64,000 bases of DNA from an uncultured Dehalococcoidia bacterium (GCA_958296105.1 OY282441.1:1663585-1727584), one strand, 5' to 3'; numbered from the stretch's first letter, positions 9,407-17,748 are shown. The notes: generated by a model not told the origin, from the letters alone. Made by a program: numbers and translations.

Positions 9407-11203
9407 TTAGTGGCTAGTCGTCAGGACTCTCAGCTTCAGCTCGTCCAGCTGAGCCTGATCCACAGGCGAGGGCGCGCCGAACAGAGGGTCTATGCCGTTC
9501 TGCGTCTTGGGGAAGGCGATCACGTCGCGGATGTTGTCCATGCCGGTAAGCACCATCAGCAGCCTGTCTATGCCCGGCGCAATGCCGCCGTGCGGGGGAG
9601 CGCCGTACTCGAAGGCGGTGAGCAGCTGTCCGAATCGCTCCGCGACCTCCTCTTTGGTGTAGCCCAAGACCTCGAACACGCGCTCCTGAAGCTCGCGTGT
9701 GTGGATTCTGATGCTGCCGCTCGCCAGCTCGAAGCCGTTGGCTACCAGATCGTACAGGCGGCCCGTCACCCTGCCGGGGTCGGTCTCGATGTACTTTTCG
9801 GAGCCGTACTTGGGCATGGAAAAGGCGTGGTGCATGGCGTCCCATCTGCCCTCGTTCTCGTTCCACTCGAACAGCGGGAAGTCGTTGACGAACGCGAACG
9901 CGATGAGGTCGGGGCGCGCCATGTCCAGCCTGCGTCCCATCTCGTGGCGCAGGTTGCTCAGGGCTTGGTTGGTGGTCTTCTCCGCTCCCGCGACTATCAG
10001 AATCATGTCTCCCATATCCGCCCCCGTTCTGCGCGCGATCTGTCTGATCCGCTCCACGCTGAGGAAGCGCGAGGCGGCGGATCTGACCTGCGCCGCGCTC
10101 AGGTCTTCGAGCGCGCCATCGCCGTTCAGGGCGATGGTAACCAAGCCGCGCGCGCCCCACGCCTTTACGAACTCGATCAGCTCGTCGGTCTGGCGGCGCG
10201 AGTAGGCGGCGCATCCGGGCGCGCTGAACCCCTTGACGATGCCGCCGCTCTGCACGGCTCCGGTGAACACGCGAAAATCCGTGTTCGCCGCGATGTCCGA
10301 GAGATCTGCCATCTTCATGCCGAAGCGCAGATCGGGCTTGTCCGTGCCATACGATGCCATCGCCTCGGCGTATGTCAGGCGGGGGAAGGGCTTGATCAAG
10401 GATTTGTGCGGCGTTACGCTCTCGATGAGCGCGGTGTACAGACCTTCGATCAGGTCTAGTACGTCGTCCTCCTCCACGAAGCTCATTTCGAGATCGAGCT
10501 GTGTATGCTCCGGCTGGCGGTCGGCGCGCGGGTCTTCGTCTCTGAAGCAGCGCGCGATCTGGAAGTACTTCTCGACTCCCGCCGCCATGAGCAGCTGCTT
10601 GAGCTGCTGGGGAGACTGCGGCAGCGCGTAGAAGCTGCCGGGGTACAGTCGGCTGGGAACGAGGTAGTCCCTTGCGCCTTCGGGCGTACTCTTGATGAGA
10701 ATGGGCGTCTCGACTTCCAGGAAGCCGCGCTCGTCCAGATAGTCGCGGATGAACTTGACCACGCGATGGCGGAGGATGAGCATGTCGCGCATTCGGGCGC
10801 GGCGCAGATCGAGGTATCGGTACTGCATTCGCAGAAGCTCATCCACTTCCGAATCTTCGTTCACGTAGAACGGGGGCGTCAGCGATCTGTTCAGCGGCAC
10901 GGCGCGGGACGCCATCACCTCCACCTCGCCGGTGGGGATGTTTGGGTTGCGGGTGCCCTCCGGTCTCAGACGAACTTCGCCCTCCACCTGCACCACCCAC
11001 TCGCTGCGGAGCTGGCCTGCGACTTCGCAAGCCTCCGGCGCGATCTCGGGATTGAACACCACCTGAGTCAGCCCGTCTCGGTCTCTGACGTCTATGAAGA
11101 CCAGAGAGCCGTGATCCCGCCGTCGGTTGACCCAACCGGCCAGGGTGACGATCTTCCCTGCGTCTTCAGCAGTGAGACTCCCGCAGCTTGTGGACTTGAG
11201 CAA
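9407..11203 (-). CDS. aspS: Aspartate--tRNA ligase
   Basis: 598 aa with OB-fold GWVNRRRDHGSLVFIDVRDRDG, class II motifs FRDED and GGIAPGIDRL. TTG start. Confidence 0.95.
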   Translation of the reverse strand: MLKSTSCGSLTAEDAGKIVTLAGWVNRRRDHGSLVFIDVRDRDGLTQVVFNPEIAPEACEVAGQLRSEWVVQVEGEVRLRPEGTRNPNIPTGEVEVMASRAVPLNRSLTPPFYVNEDSEVDELLRMQYRYLDLRRARMRDMLILRHRVVKFIRDYLDERGFLEVETPILIKSTPEGARDYLVPSRLYPGSFYALPQSPQQLKQLLMAAGVEKYFQIARCFRDEDPRADRQPEHTQLDLEMSFVEEDDVLDLIEGLYTALIESVTPHKSLIKPFPRLTYAEAMASYGTDKPDLRFGMKMADLSDIAANTDFRVFTGAVQSGGIVKGFSAPGCAAYSRRQTDELIEFVKAWGARGLVTIALNGDGALEDLSAAQVRSAASRFLSVERIRQIARRTGADMGDMILIVAGAEKTTNQALSNLRHEMGRRLDMARPDLIAFAFVNDFPLFEWNENEGRWDAMHHAFSMPKYGSEKYIETDPGRVTGRLYDLVANGFELASGSIRIHTRELQERVFEVLGYTKEEVAERFGQLLTAFEYGAPPHGGIAPGIDRLLMVLTGMDNIRDVIAFPKTQNGIDPLFGAPSPVDQAQLDELKLRVLTTSH

Positions 11204-11256
11204 TGCGCCACCTCGAACGTGGAAATAGGGGGGCCGGCGGCCCCTCCAGCAACTAA

Positions 11257-11286
11257 ATCATAGCCGTGTTCGAGGGGGTATGTAAA
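11257..11286 (-). promoter_or_regulatory. Candidate aspS promoter
   Basis: On the minus strand, TTTACA (11286-11281), 18 nt, TATGAT (11262-11257). The leader then contains hairpin GGGGCC-gcc-GGCCCC (11244-11230) and a GAGGTGG RBS before TTG 11203. Confidence 0.5.
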
Positions 11287-11288
11287 AC

Positions 11289-11298
11289 GGGGGGGGGG
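11289..11298. repeat. G10/C10 homopolymer tract
   Basis: Ten consecutive G on the plus strand, 3 nt upstream of the aspS -35 box, flanked by G5 runs at 11274-11278 and 11307-11311. Confidence 0.9.
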
Positions 11299-11366
11299 AA
11301 GAAGACGGGGGATATCCCGAATAGCGGCGCTGACGGACGCGCAGGGGTTTGCGGCTCTGCGGCCCC

Positions 11367-11834
11367 TCAGTCAGCGCGAGGCTGACCCAGCAGCCCCAGC
11401 GTGTCCTTGCCGACGACTAGGACTGCGTTCGGTTCGGTTCGCAGGACTCCGGGTATGGCGCCGAGACGGTTTAGGAACTCGTTGAGCATCTCGGAGCTTT
11501 CCACTCCCACAAACGCCACTATGTCGTAAACGCCGGTGGTGATGGCCACGAACATCACCTCGTCCAGATCGTGCACTCGCTTCAGCACATCGTCTATTAG
11601 GCTCGGCTCGACCGTTATGTACACGATCGACGGAAAGTCTCGTCCCGAGCCGCGAGAGACGACGATGACGCGCACCTCGATAAACCCCTCGTCTATCAGC
11701 TTCTTGAGGCGGCGGCGAATGGTTCCCTCGCTCACGCAGACCTCTCGCGCTATCTTGGCGTTCGATGCGCGACCGTCACATTGAAGGACGTCTACGATGG
11801 CGATATCCAACTTGTCCATATCCGACTTGTCCAT
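11367..11834 (-). CDS. Lrp/AsnC family transcriptional regulator (full length)
   Basis: 155 aa with wHTH LDIAIVDVLQCDGRASNAKIAREVCVSEGTIRRRLKKL plus a C-terminal RAM domain. The second ATG at 11819 (MDKLDIA) is an equally good start. Confidence 0.85.
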   Translation of the reverse strand: MDKSDMDKLDIAIVDVLQCDGRASNAKIAREVCVSEGTIRRRLKKLIDEGFIEVRVIVVSRGSGRDFPSIVYITVEPSLIDDVLKRVHDLDEVMFVAITTGVYDIVAFVGVESSEMLNEFLNRLGAIPGVLRTEPNAVLVVGKDTLGLLGQPRAD

Positions 11835-11879
11835 GCGCCGCCCCGTCCTGCGCTCTGGGTCTGGGTTGCTTAAAAAAAC

Positions 11880-11907
11880 CTTATAGCTGTTCTTGGAAGT
11901 CTGTCAA
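11880..11907 (-). promoter_or_regulatory. Candidate promoter of the Lrp/AsnC gene
   Basis: On the minus strand, TTGACA (11907-11902), 16 nt, TATAAG (11885-11880). The same sequence is duplicated upstream of the truncated copy near 12553-12586. Confidence 0.45.
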
Positions 11908-11913
11908 ACACAT

Positions 11914-11964
11914 TGTTCAACACCAGAACAGCATATAATGAATGTTCAACAGCATTGTCGAACA
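11914..11964. promoter_or_regulatory. Three TGT(T/C)(C/G)AACA palindromic boxes (candidate operators)
   Basis: TGTTCAACA at 11914-11922 and 11943-11951, and TGTCGAACA at 11956-11964, all just upstream of the -35 box. Confidence 0.4.
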
Positions 11965-11994
11965 GCGTAAAGTTCGCCAAATTTTCAGCTACGC

Positions 11995-12327
11995 TTAAAA
12001 CTTGGTGATGGACAGGTAGAAGAAGCCCACTGCCCCAGCCAGCAGATAGATGGTGGCGAAACCAGCCTCCGTCACTATGATGATGAGCGTAAGCATCATG
12101 CAGAAGCATGCCGTCATCTTCAGCTTGGTTCCTCGCTTGCGATTCGTCGCCAAGCTGATCGCCTCGCCGATCGCGTACCCAAACGCGCCGATCAACAGCG
12201 TGGGTATCGCCGTCAACAGGCGCGGCGCCGTCTGCGGCGTGAGGAGGATTGCCAGCACGATCACCGCGACGGCTATCACCGCCGCTGAAAGTCTCGTCCC
12301 GAGCCGCGAGAGGCGGCGATGACGCAC
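11995..12327 (-). pseudogene. Truncated paralog of the zinc-ribbon membrane protein (zinc ribbon missing)
   Basis: The 110-aa ORF aligns with residues ~95-204 of ORF 12642-13256 (AVIVLAILLTPQTAPRLL...AIGEAISLATNRKRGTKLK...FATIYLLAGAVGF). Homology stops near 12287, where Lrp-like sequence begins. Confidence 0.55.
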
Positions 12328-12521
12328 ACCTTGATCAGTACGTCGATCAGTTCCTCGTCTATCATCGGCCCCTTAAGGCTCAGTTGTTCCTCGTATTTCA
12401 GCCTGTTGAGGCGGCGACGAATGGATCCCTCGCTCACCCCGACGATTCGCGCTATCTTGGCGTTCGAGGCGCGACCGTCACACTGAAGTATGTCTATTAT
12501 GGCGATATCCAACTTGTCCAT
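12276..12521 (-). pseudogene. Truncated Lrp/AsnC paralog (HTH only) fused at a duplication junction
   Basis: The 81-aa ORF MDKLDIAIIDILQCDGRASNAKIARIVGVSEGSIRRRL... loses the RAM domain. Its 3' end (ASRGSGRDF) matches 11637-11660 of the intact gene and overlaps the truncated membrane ORF. Confidence 0.5.
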
Positions 12522-12589
12522 GCGTCGCCCCGTCCTGAACTCTGGGTTGATTCCAAAACCTTATAGCTGTTCTTGAAAGTCTGTCAAAT

Positions 12590-12611
12590 TGTTCAACAGC
12601 ATTGTCGAACA
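12590..12611. promoter_or_regulatory. Duplicate pair of TGTTCAACA / TGTCGAACA boxes
   Basis: 12590-12598 and 12603-12611, with the same 13-nt centre spacing as 11943/11956. This copy lacks the ~34-nt segment carrying the third box. Confidence 0.35.
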
Positions 12612-12641
12612 GCGCAAAGTTCGCCGAATTTTCCGCTGCGA

Positions 12642-13142
12642 TTAAAACTTGGTGATGGCTAGGTAGAAGCCCACTGCCCCAGCCAGCAGATAGATGGTGG
12701 CGAAACCAGCCCCCGTCATTATGGTGATGAGCGTGAACGCAAGCAGCATGCAGAGGCATGCCGTCACCTTCAGCTTGGTTCCGCGCTTGCGATTCGTAGC
12801 CAAGCTGATCGCCTCGCCGATCGCGTACCCAAGCGCGCCGATCAACAGCGCGGGTATCGCCATCAACAGGCGCGGCGCCGTCTGCGGCGTGAGGAGGATT
12901 GCCAGCACGATCACCGCCGCGCCGAGAAGCGCGACGGCTATCCCCGCCCCCGCTCCGCGCGCCAAGAAGATGGGGGATACGTCGAACGTGGGCGCAGGCT
13001 TGGAGCGTCCGCAGTCCGGGCAGCGCACGCCCACCGGCGCGTGTACGAGGCACCTGGGACAGATTGGGTCGCCGCACCGACCGCACGAGACGCTCGTCTC
13101 GAAGCTGGGGTGGCGTTTGCAGTATGTGGCAGCCTGCGACAT
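12642..13142 (-). CDS. Zinc-ribbon (B-box-like) multi-pass membrane protein
   Basis: The ORF track gives 12642-13256; I start at ATG 13142 (MSQAATYCKRHP). CxxH..CxxC..CxxC..CxxC motif YCKRHPSFETSVSCGRCGDPICPRCLVHAPVGVRCPDCG, followed by about 4 hydrophobic helices. Confidence 0.7.
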   Translation of the reverse strand: MSQAATYCKRHPSFETSVSCGRCGDPICPRCLVHAPVGVRCPDCGRSKPAPTFDVSPIFLARGAGAGIAVALLGAAVIVLAILLTPQTAPRLLMAIPALLIGALGYAIGEAISLATNRKRGTKLKVTACLCMLLAFTLITIMTGAGFATIYLLAGAVGFYLAITKF

Positions 13143-13200
13143 TCTATCGTTACCTCGAATCGGGCGCCGGTCCGTCCGCACTTGTAAACATAAACGCCCT

Positions 13201-13450
13201 CTAAAACTTGGAGAGCGCCAAGTACAATCCAACCCCTCCCGCCAGCAGACAGGCAAGCGCGAAAGCCGCTCCCTTCATCATGGTGGTCTAGCGTAAGCCC
13301 TAGCAGTACCCAGAATCAAGCAGTATACAAAATCAAGCCGTATTATCAGCAGCCCGGTTCCGCGCTTGCGACTCGCCGCAAGGCTGATGGCTGCGCCGAT
13401 CCCCTGCCCAAGTCAAGCAATCAGCCACATGGGAAGTATCAGCAGCACGC
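13201..13450 (-). pseudogene. Third, degenerate remnant of the zinc-ribbon membrane gene
   Basis: Minus-strand reading gives ...MMKGAAFALACLLAGGVGLYLALSKF* (compare TGAGFATIYLLAGAVGFYLAITKF*). Further upstream it gives ...GQGIGAAISLAASRKRGTGLL (compare YAIGEAISLATNRKRGTKLK), interrupted by stops. Confidence 0.55.
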
Positions 13451-13469
13451 GCAGCACTATATCGCTGGC

Positions 13470-14135
13470 TCAGCCCGGTCGCCGGTCCGTCCACTCCACT
13501 CTCTTGGGGACGTCCCTGTCCCAAATCAGCCTGTACAGCAGAACGCGGCCCAGACCGTATCCAGACGGTGGACGCTCCCAGTTGGCGGTCAGCCGCTTTG
13601 CCAGCAGCAGCAGCGCAATGATCGCGGCGGCCAGCGCTATCTCCCAACGCTGGCCGAATGCGAGAGTGGTCGGAGGGAGCGCCAGCAGCGCGATGAACGT
13701 CCAGAAGCCCGTGTCTCTGGTCATTAGCCTGCCGATCAGGAATATGATCAGCCCTAGTACGAGTATCTCGCGCCACATCGTCAGCGCCAGCGCGCCGCCG
13801 ATGGCTGTCGCCACTCCGCGCCCGCCCGTGAAGCCCAGAAAGGGCGACCAGTTGTGCGCCGCGATGGAGACGAAGCAGGCGGCGCACTGAGTCCATATGT
13901 CCAAGCCCAGCCATCCGCCCGCCAGCACCGGCAGCGCGCCCTTTACGATGCAGTCGAACGCCCCGATCAGAACGCCTGCCCACGGGTTGACGTGTTCCAT
14001 CACGTTGGAAGCGCCCACGTTGCCGGAGCCGTACTTCCTGATGTCGATTTGGACGGCGAACCTTGCGGCGAGGTAGCCGCTCGGCATCGAGCCGAGAAGC
14101 AACGCCCCGATGACGAGCAGAACAGATTCGATCAA
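13470..14135 (-). CDS. plsY: Glycerol-3-phosphate acyltransferase PlsY
   Basis: 221 aa with GSMPSGYLAAR, GSGNVGASNV and GGRGVATAIGG motifs, and a C-terminal extension. Confidence 0.85.
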   Translation of the reverse strand: MIESVLLVIGALLLGSMPSGYLAARFAVQIDIRKYGSGNVGASNVMEHVNPWAGVLIGAFDCIVKGALPVLAGGWLGLDIWTQCAACFVSIAAHNWSPFLGFTGGRGVATAIGGALALTMWREILVLGLIIFLIGRLMTRDTGFWTFIALLALPPTTLAFGQRWEIALAAAIIALLLLAKRLTANWERPPSGYGLGRVLLYRLIWDRDVPKRVEWTDRRPG

Positions 14136-14147
14136 CAGCGCAGCCCG

Positions 14148-15029
14148 CTAGCCACGTCTCGACTCTCGCATGACTCGTTCACGCGCGCGCCGCAGCCGGG
14201 CGACCGTCTCCATGGGAGGCCCCACGCTGCCCGGCTCCGGCTCGCCGGGGTTGCCGGAGCAGTGGTAGTCGCTGCCTCCACAGGGGATCATGTCCAGCTC
14301 GTCCGCCAGCGCCTTCAGAGAGCCGACCTGCTGCGGCGTGTAGTCTCCATAGAACACTTCCACCCCCATCAGGCCGCACGCCTTGAGATTGGCGAGCGTC
14401 TCTCTCAGGCTATGCACCTCGCCCCTGTCCGATTTCACCTTCGAGTAGGTAGGGTGCGCCATAACCGGCACCGCGCCGTTCTCGCGCAGCAGGCGTATGG
14501 CGTCTTCGGGCGACAGCTTCACGCGCTCCACGTATGCCGCCCCCTGCCGTCCGATGAGATCGGCGAAGACCTGGTTGGGATACTCGAAGTATCCCGCTTC
14601 CACTATGGCGCTGGCGATGTGCGGCCTCCCGATCGAGGCGTCGCCGGCGATCTCCTGCACGCGCTCCCATGTTATGTCGTAGCCAAGATCGTTGAGCTTG
14701 GCCACCATCGCGCTCGCTCGCTCGTGTCTGCCCTTCCTGAATTGCATCAGCGTCTGCTGGAACTCGGCGTCGGACGTGTCTACGTAGTACCCCAGAACGT
14801 GAATCTCGGAGCCGGGGATATCCGTACTCAGCTCTATGGCGGGGATTATCTCCAGATCGGGGTGCGCTTCCGCCGCCGCCTGCGCTTCCGCAAGGCCCTC
14901 GGTGGAGTCGTGATCGCTGACGGCTATGACCTTCAGGCCGCGCGCGGCGCACAGGTCGACCAGCTCGGCGGGGGGGAGCGTCCCATCCGAGGCGCGCGTG
15001 TGCAGGTGCAGATCCACTTCGATTGTCAC
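14148..15029 (-). CDS. PHP-domain metal-dependent phosphoesterase (TrpH/YciV-like)
   Basis: 293 aa with VDLHLHTRASDG ... IAVSDHDS ... MAHP ... GGSDYH motifs. GTG start. Confidence 0.8.
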   Translation of the reverse strand: MTIEVDLHLHTRASDGTLPPAELVDLCAARGLKVIAVSDHDSTEGLAEAQAAAEAHPDLEIIPAIELSTDIPGSEIHVLGYYVDTSDAEFQQTLMQFRKGRHERASAMVAKLNDLGYDITWERVQEIAGDASIGRPHIASAIVEAGYFEYPNQVFADLIGRQGAAYVERVKLSPEDAIRLLRENGAVPVMAHPTYSKVKSDRGEVHSLRETLANLKACGLMGVEVFYGDYTPQQVGSLKALADELDMIPCGGSDYHCSGNPGEPEPGSVGPPMETVARLRRARERVMRESRRG

Positions 15030-15119
15030 CAGAGTCGTCTCCGTTCAGCCACTAACCAGACGCAGCGGCCGGATACACCGCGCCGCTGCGTTCCCTAATG
15101 AGACCGTGATCCGTCCGAG

Positions 15120-16646
15120 CTAGCGCGCGTACTCCACGCTCCTGCTCTCGCGTATCACCATTACCTTGATCTGTCCCGGGTATACTAGCCTGTCCTCCAC
15201 CCTCTTGACGATATCCCGCGCCAGCTTGGCTGCGCTGACGTCGTCCACCGAGTCGGGTCTGACCATCACGCGCACCTCACGCCCGGCCTGTATGGCAAAG
15301 CAGCGCTCGACGCCCTCGAAGTCGCCGGCGACCTCTTCGAGCGCGCGCAGCCTCTTGATGTAGTTCTCGACCGTGTCCTTGCGCGCGCCCGGTCGCGCCG
15401 CGCTTATCGCGTCTGCCGCCGCTACGATGAACGCCTCCGGCGAGCTCATCACGTCGTCGTGGTGTTCGGCGATGCACGCGCACACCTTCCGCGCCACGTT
15501 GTACTTGCTCGCCACCTCCGCGCCGATCTCGGCGTGCGGCCCCTCCACCTCGTGGGTCAGCGCCTTGCCGATGTCGTGCAGAAGACCGCCTGCCTTGGCG
15601 ATCTTGACGTTGGCGCCGATTTCGGACGCCAGCATTCCCGCTATGTGGCAGACTTCCAGCGAGTGCTGAAGCACGTTCTCGCCGTAGCTGTATCTGAACT
15701 TCAGCCTGCCCAGTAGCCTGATGATCTCTGGATTGAGGCCGCGGACGCCTGCGTCGAAGACAGCCTCCTCTCCGGAGGACCATATAGAATCGTCGACCTC
15801 CTTCTCGGCGCGCATCACCATATCTTCGATGCGCGCCGGGTGTATCCTGCCGTCTGCGATCAACTTGCTCACAGCCAGTCTTGCGGTCTCCCGTCTGACC
15901 GGATCGAAGCAAGAGAGGGTCACGGACTCGGGCGTATCGTCGATTATCAGATCGACACCCGTACTCTTTTCGATTGCTCGTATGTTCCGTCCTTCTCGGC
16001 CTATCAGACGACCTTTCATGTCGTCACTGGGAAGGGGTACGGTCGTTACTGTCATCTCGGAGACGACGTCGGAAGCCATGCGCTGGATGGTAGTGGCGAG
16101 TATTCTGGAGGAGACCTCCTGCGCGTCCTCACGTGCCTGCTCCTCGATGTCTCGGTAGCGTCGGGCTATCTCGTGCTGCATCTCTTCCTCGGCCTGGCGC
16201 ATGAGAATGTCCTTGGCCTCGGAGGTGCTGAGCTCCGCCATCTCCTCCAACTTTGCCAGAGCCTGCTCCTTGATGTCGTCAAGCTCTTGCTCGATCTTCT
16301 CGGCTCGGCGCTCCTTCTTGGAGATGCCGCCTTCGCGCCGGTCCAGGTTGCTGGCGCGCTTTTCGAGGTTCTCCTCCCTCCTGCCAAGCCTGCGCTCCAT
16401 CTTCTTCATCTCCGAGCGATGACCTCGCAGCTCGGACTCCCAGTCCGAACGCAGCTTCAGAGCCTCTTCCTTCGCCTCGATGACGATGGTCCGCCCCTGG
16501 TCATGCGCGGTTTCTACTATATGAGCGGCCTCTGCGCGAGCGCCGTCAATGCGTCTGCCTGAAACCAGCCTGCGACCGTAATAGCCGGCTCCAGCCCCTG
16601 CCGATAGGCCTATGAGAACGGCGAGCAGTGGAATTACGATATCCAT
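15120..16646 (-). CDS. rny: Ribonuclease Y
   Basis: The ORF track extends to 17696. The real start is ATG 16646 (MDIVIPLLAVLIGL), preceded by GGAAGGTGAG. N-terminal TM helix, coiled coil, KH motif GRLIGREGRNIRAIE, HD motif LLHDIGK. Confidence 0.92.
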   Translation of the reverse strand: MDIVIPLLAVLIGLSAGAGAGYYGRRLVSGRRIDGARAEAAHIVETAHDQGRTIVIEAKEEALKLRSDWESELRGHRSEMKKMERRLGRREENLEKRASNLDRREGGISKKERRAEKIEQELDDIKEQALAKLEEMAELSTSEAKDILMRQAEEEMQHEIARRYRDIEEQAREDAQEVSSRILATTIQRMASDVVSEMTVTTVPLPSDDMKGRLIGREGRNIRAIEKSTGVDLIIDDTPESVTLSCFDPVRRETARLAVSKLIADGRIHPARIEDMVMRAEKEVDDSIWSSGEEAVFDAGVRGLNPEIIRLLGRLKFRYSYGENVLQHSLEVCHIAGMLASEIGANVKIAKAGGLLHDIGKALTHEVEGPHAEIGAEVASKYNVARKVCACIAEHHDDVMSSPEAFIVAAADAISAARPGARKDTVENYIKRLRALEEVAGDFEGVERCFAIQAGREVRVMVRPDSVDDVSAAKLARDIVKRVEDRLVYPGQIKVMVIRESRSVEYAR

Positions 16647-16706
16647 GCGACTCACCTTCCTATACATTGTCCAAAACACGCCGAACGGCGGTTTGGGAAT
16701 AGCTTC

Positions 16707-16735
16707 ATAGTAAGGTTGGGGATCCGATATGTCAA
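16707..16735 (-). promoter_or_regulatory. Candidate rny promoter
   Basis: On the minus strand, TTGACA (16735-16730), 17 nt, TACTAT (16712-16707), about 60 nt upstream of the rny ATG. Confidence 0.55.
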
Positions 16736-16906
16736 GCAGGGACAACGATGCCAGCGTGTACTTCCCACGACCGTTCTTACTGCGCGAGCGCCCCTCGCGG
16801 CCGCCTGCAATCTTCACTGTGGAAACCAGTATCACGCGCGCCGCCTGCGTCCAGACCCTATTTTCCCGTACCGCCTCCGCGTATCGAGAATGCCGACCTG
16901 CGCCTA

Positions 16907-16943
16907 TTGTATGGACATGGCGACAGTGTTGTAGAATAGCCGT
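16907..16943 (+). promoter_or_regulatory. Promoter-like block, array copy 1 (leaderless geometry)
   Basis: TTGTAT (16907-16912), 19 nt, TAGAAT (16932-16937). The -10 box ends 6 nt before ATG 16944 and there is no room for an RBS. Confidence 0.45.
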
Positions 16944-17615
16944 ATGACCCAGATGGCAGTACAGTTGGATCCCGAGTCGCTCGTCGCGCGCATCATCGCT
17001 GAGCTTCAGGCCAACCCCGAAGCTCAGCAGATGCTCCTGCGCGCGCTCCTGACCAATGAATTCTTGGGTATGCCCGCTCGCCTCGACCGAATCGAGGCGG
17101 ACATAGCCGAGATCAAGGCAAGAGTGGGGAGGCTCGAAACGAGTGTCGGAAGGCTCGAAATCAACGTAGCTCACCTCAGAGGGGACATGCTGGAAGTGAG
17201 GATAGAGCGCAGAATTCGGCCTTTGCTTAGCCAGAGACTCGGACTCCGCCGCTCGCGTATCATGCTGAGTCCAGCGTTGGACTCGGACACCGATTTCGAC
17301 GACGCAATCGAGAGGGCGCTCCGTGGCGGCGCGATAACCTCCGCGCAGGAGGCCCGCGTCTACGCCACCGATTTCATCTTGCGCGCTCAGCGCATCGCTG
17401 ACGGCTCCTCCGTATGGGCAGCCATCGAGGTGTCGAACACCATCAACTATTACGACGTGGACAGGGCGAGAGAGACCGCCGAAATTCTCGGCATTGTGTT
17501 CGGGACGGAAAGCATCGCGGTCGCCATGGGTTACAGCATCGCTCCGCAGGATCAGCGGCGCGCTGAAGATGACGGCGTCCACGCGCTTCTGGTCGATGAC
17601 GGCAGATCTCCGTAG
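16944..17615 (+). CDS. Uncharacterised coiled-coil protein, array copy 1 (223 aa, 2 heptad units)
   Basis: MTQMAVQLDPESLVARIIAELQANPEAQQMLLRALLTNEFLGMPARLDRIEADIAEIKA + RVGRLET SVGRLEI + conserved C-terminal domain ...ATDFILRAQR..VWAAIEVSNTINYYDVDRARETAEILG... Confidence 0.85.
   Translation: MTQMAVQLDPESLVARIIAELQANPEAQQMLLRALLTNEFLGMPARLDRIEADIAEIKARVGRLETSVGRLEINVAHLRGDMLEVRIERRIRPLLSQRLGLRRSRIMLSPALDSDTDFDDAIERALRGGAITSAQEARVYATDFILRAQRIADGSSVWAAIEVSNTINYYDVDRARETAEILGIVFGTESIAVAMGYSIAPQDQRRAEDDGVHALLVDDGRSP
17121..17162 (+). repeat. 21-nt heptad-coding repeat, 2 units
   Basis: Starts at codon 60 (nt 178) of copy 1: agagtggggaggctcgaaacg / agtgtcggaaggctcgaaatc. Confidence 0.9.
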
Positions 17616-17748
17616 TCTCGTTGAATCCGAGAACCGGCACCTGCCCCTCCATCTCCTACTGCCGCAGCGCCGCCTGCCATACCACCCAGGTACCACTCAC
17701 TTTTGCCGTACCGCCTCCGCGTATATCGAGAATGCCGACCTGCTCCTA

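Larger units (their letters stand above)
11637..13450. repeat. Segmental tandem duplication of the Lrp/AsnC plus zinc-ribbon membrane gene unit
   Basis: Nucleotide homology between 11637-12287 and 12288-12960, covering the Lrp 5' half, its promoter/operator region and the membrane-gene 3' half. A third decayed membrane-gene copy lies at 13201-13450. Confidence 0.7.
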
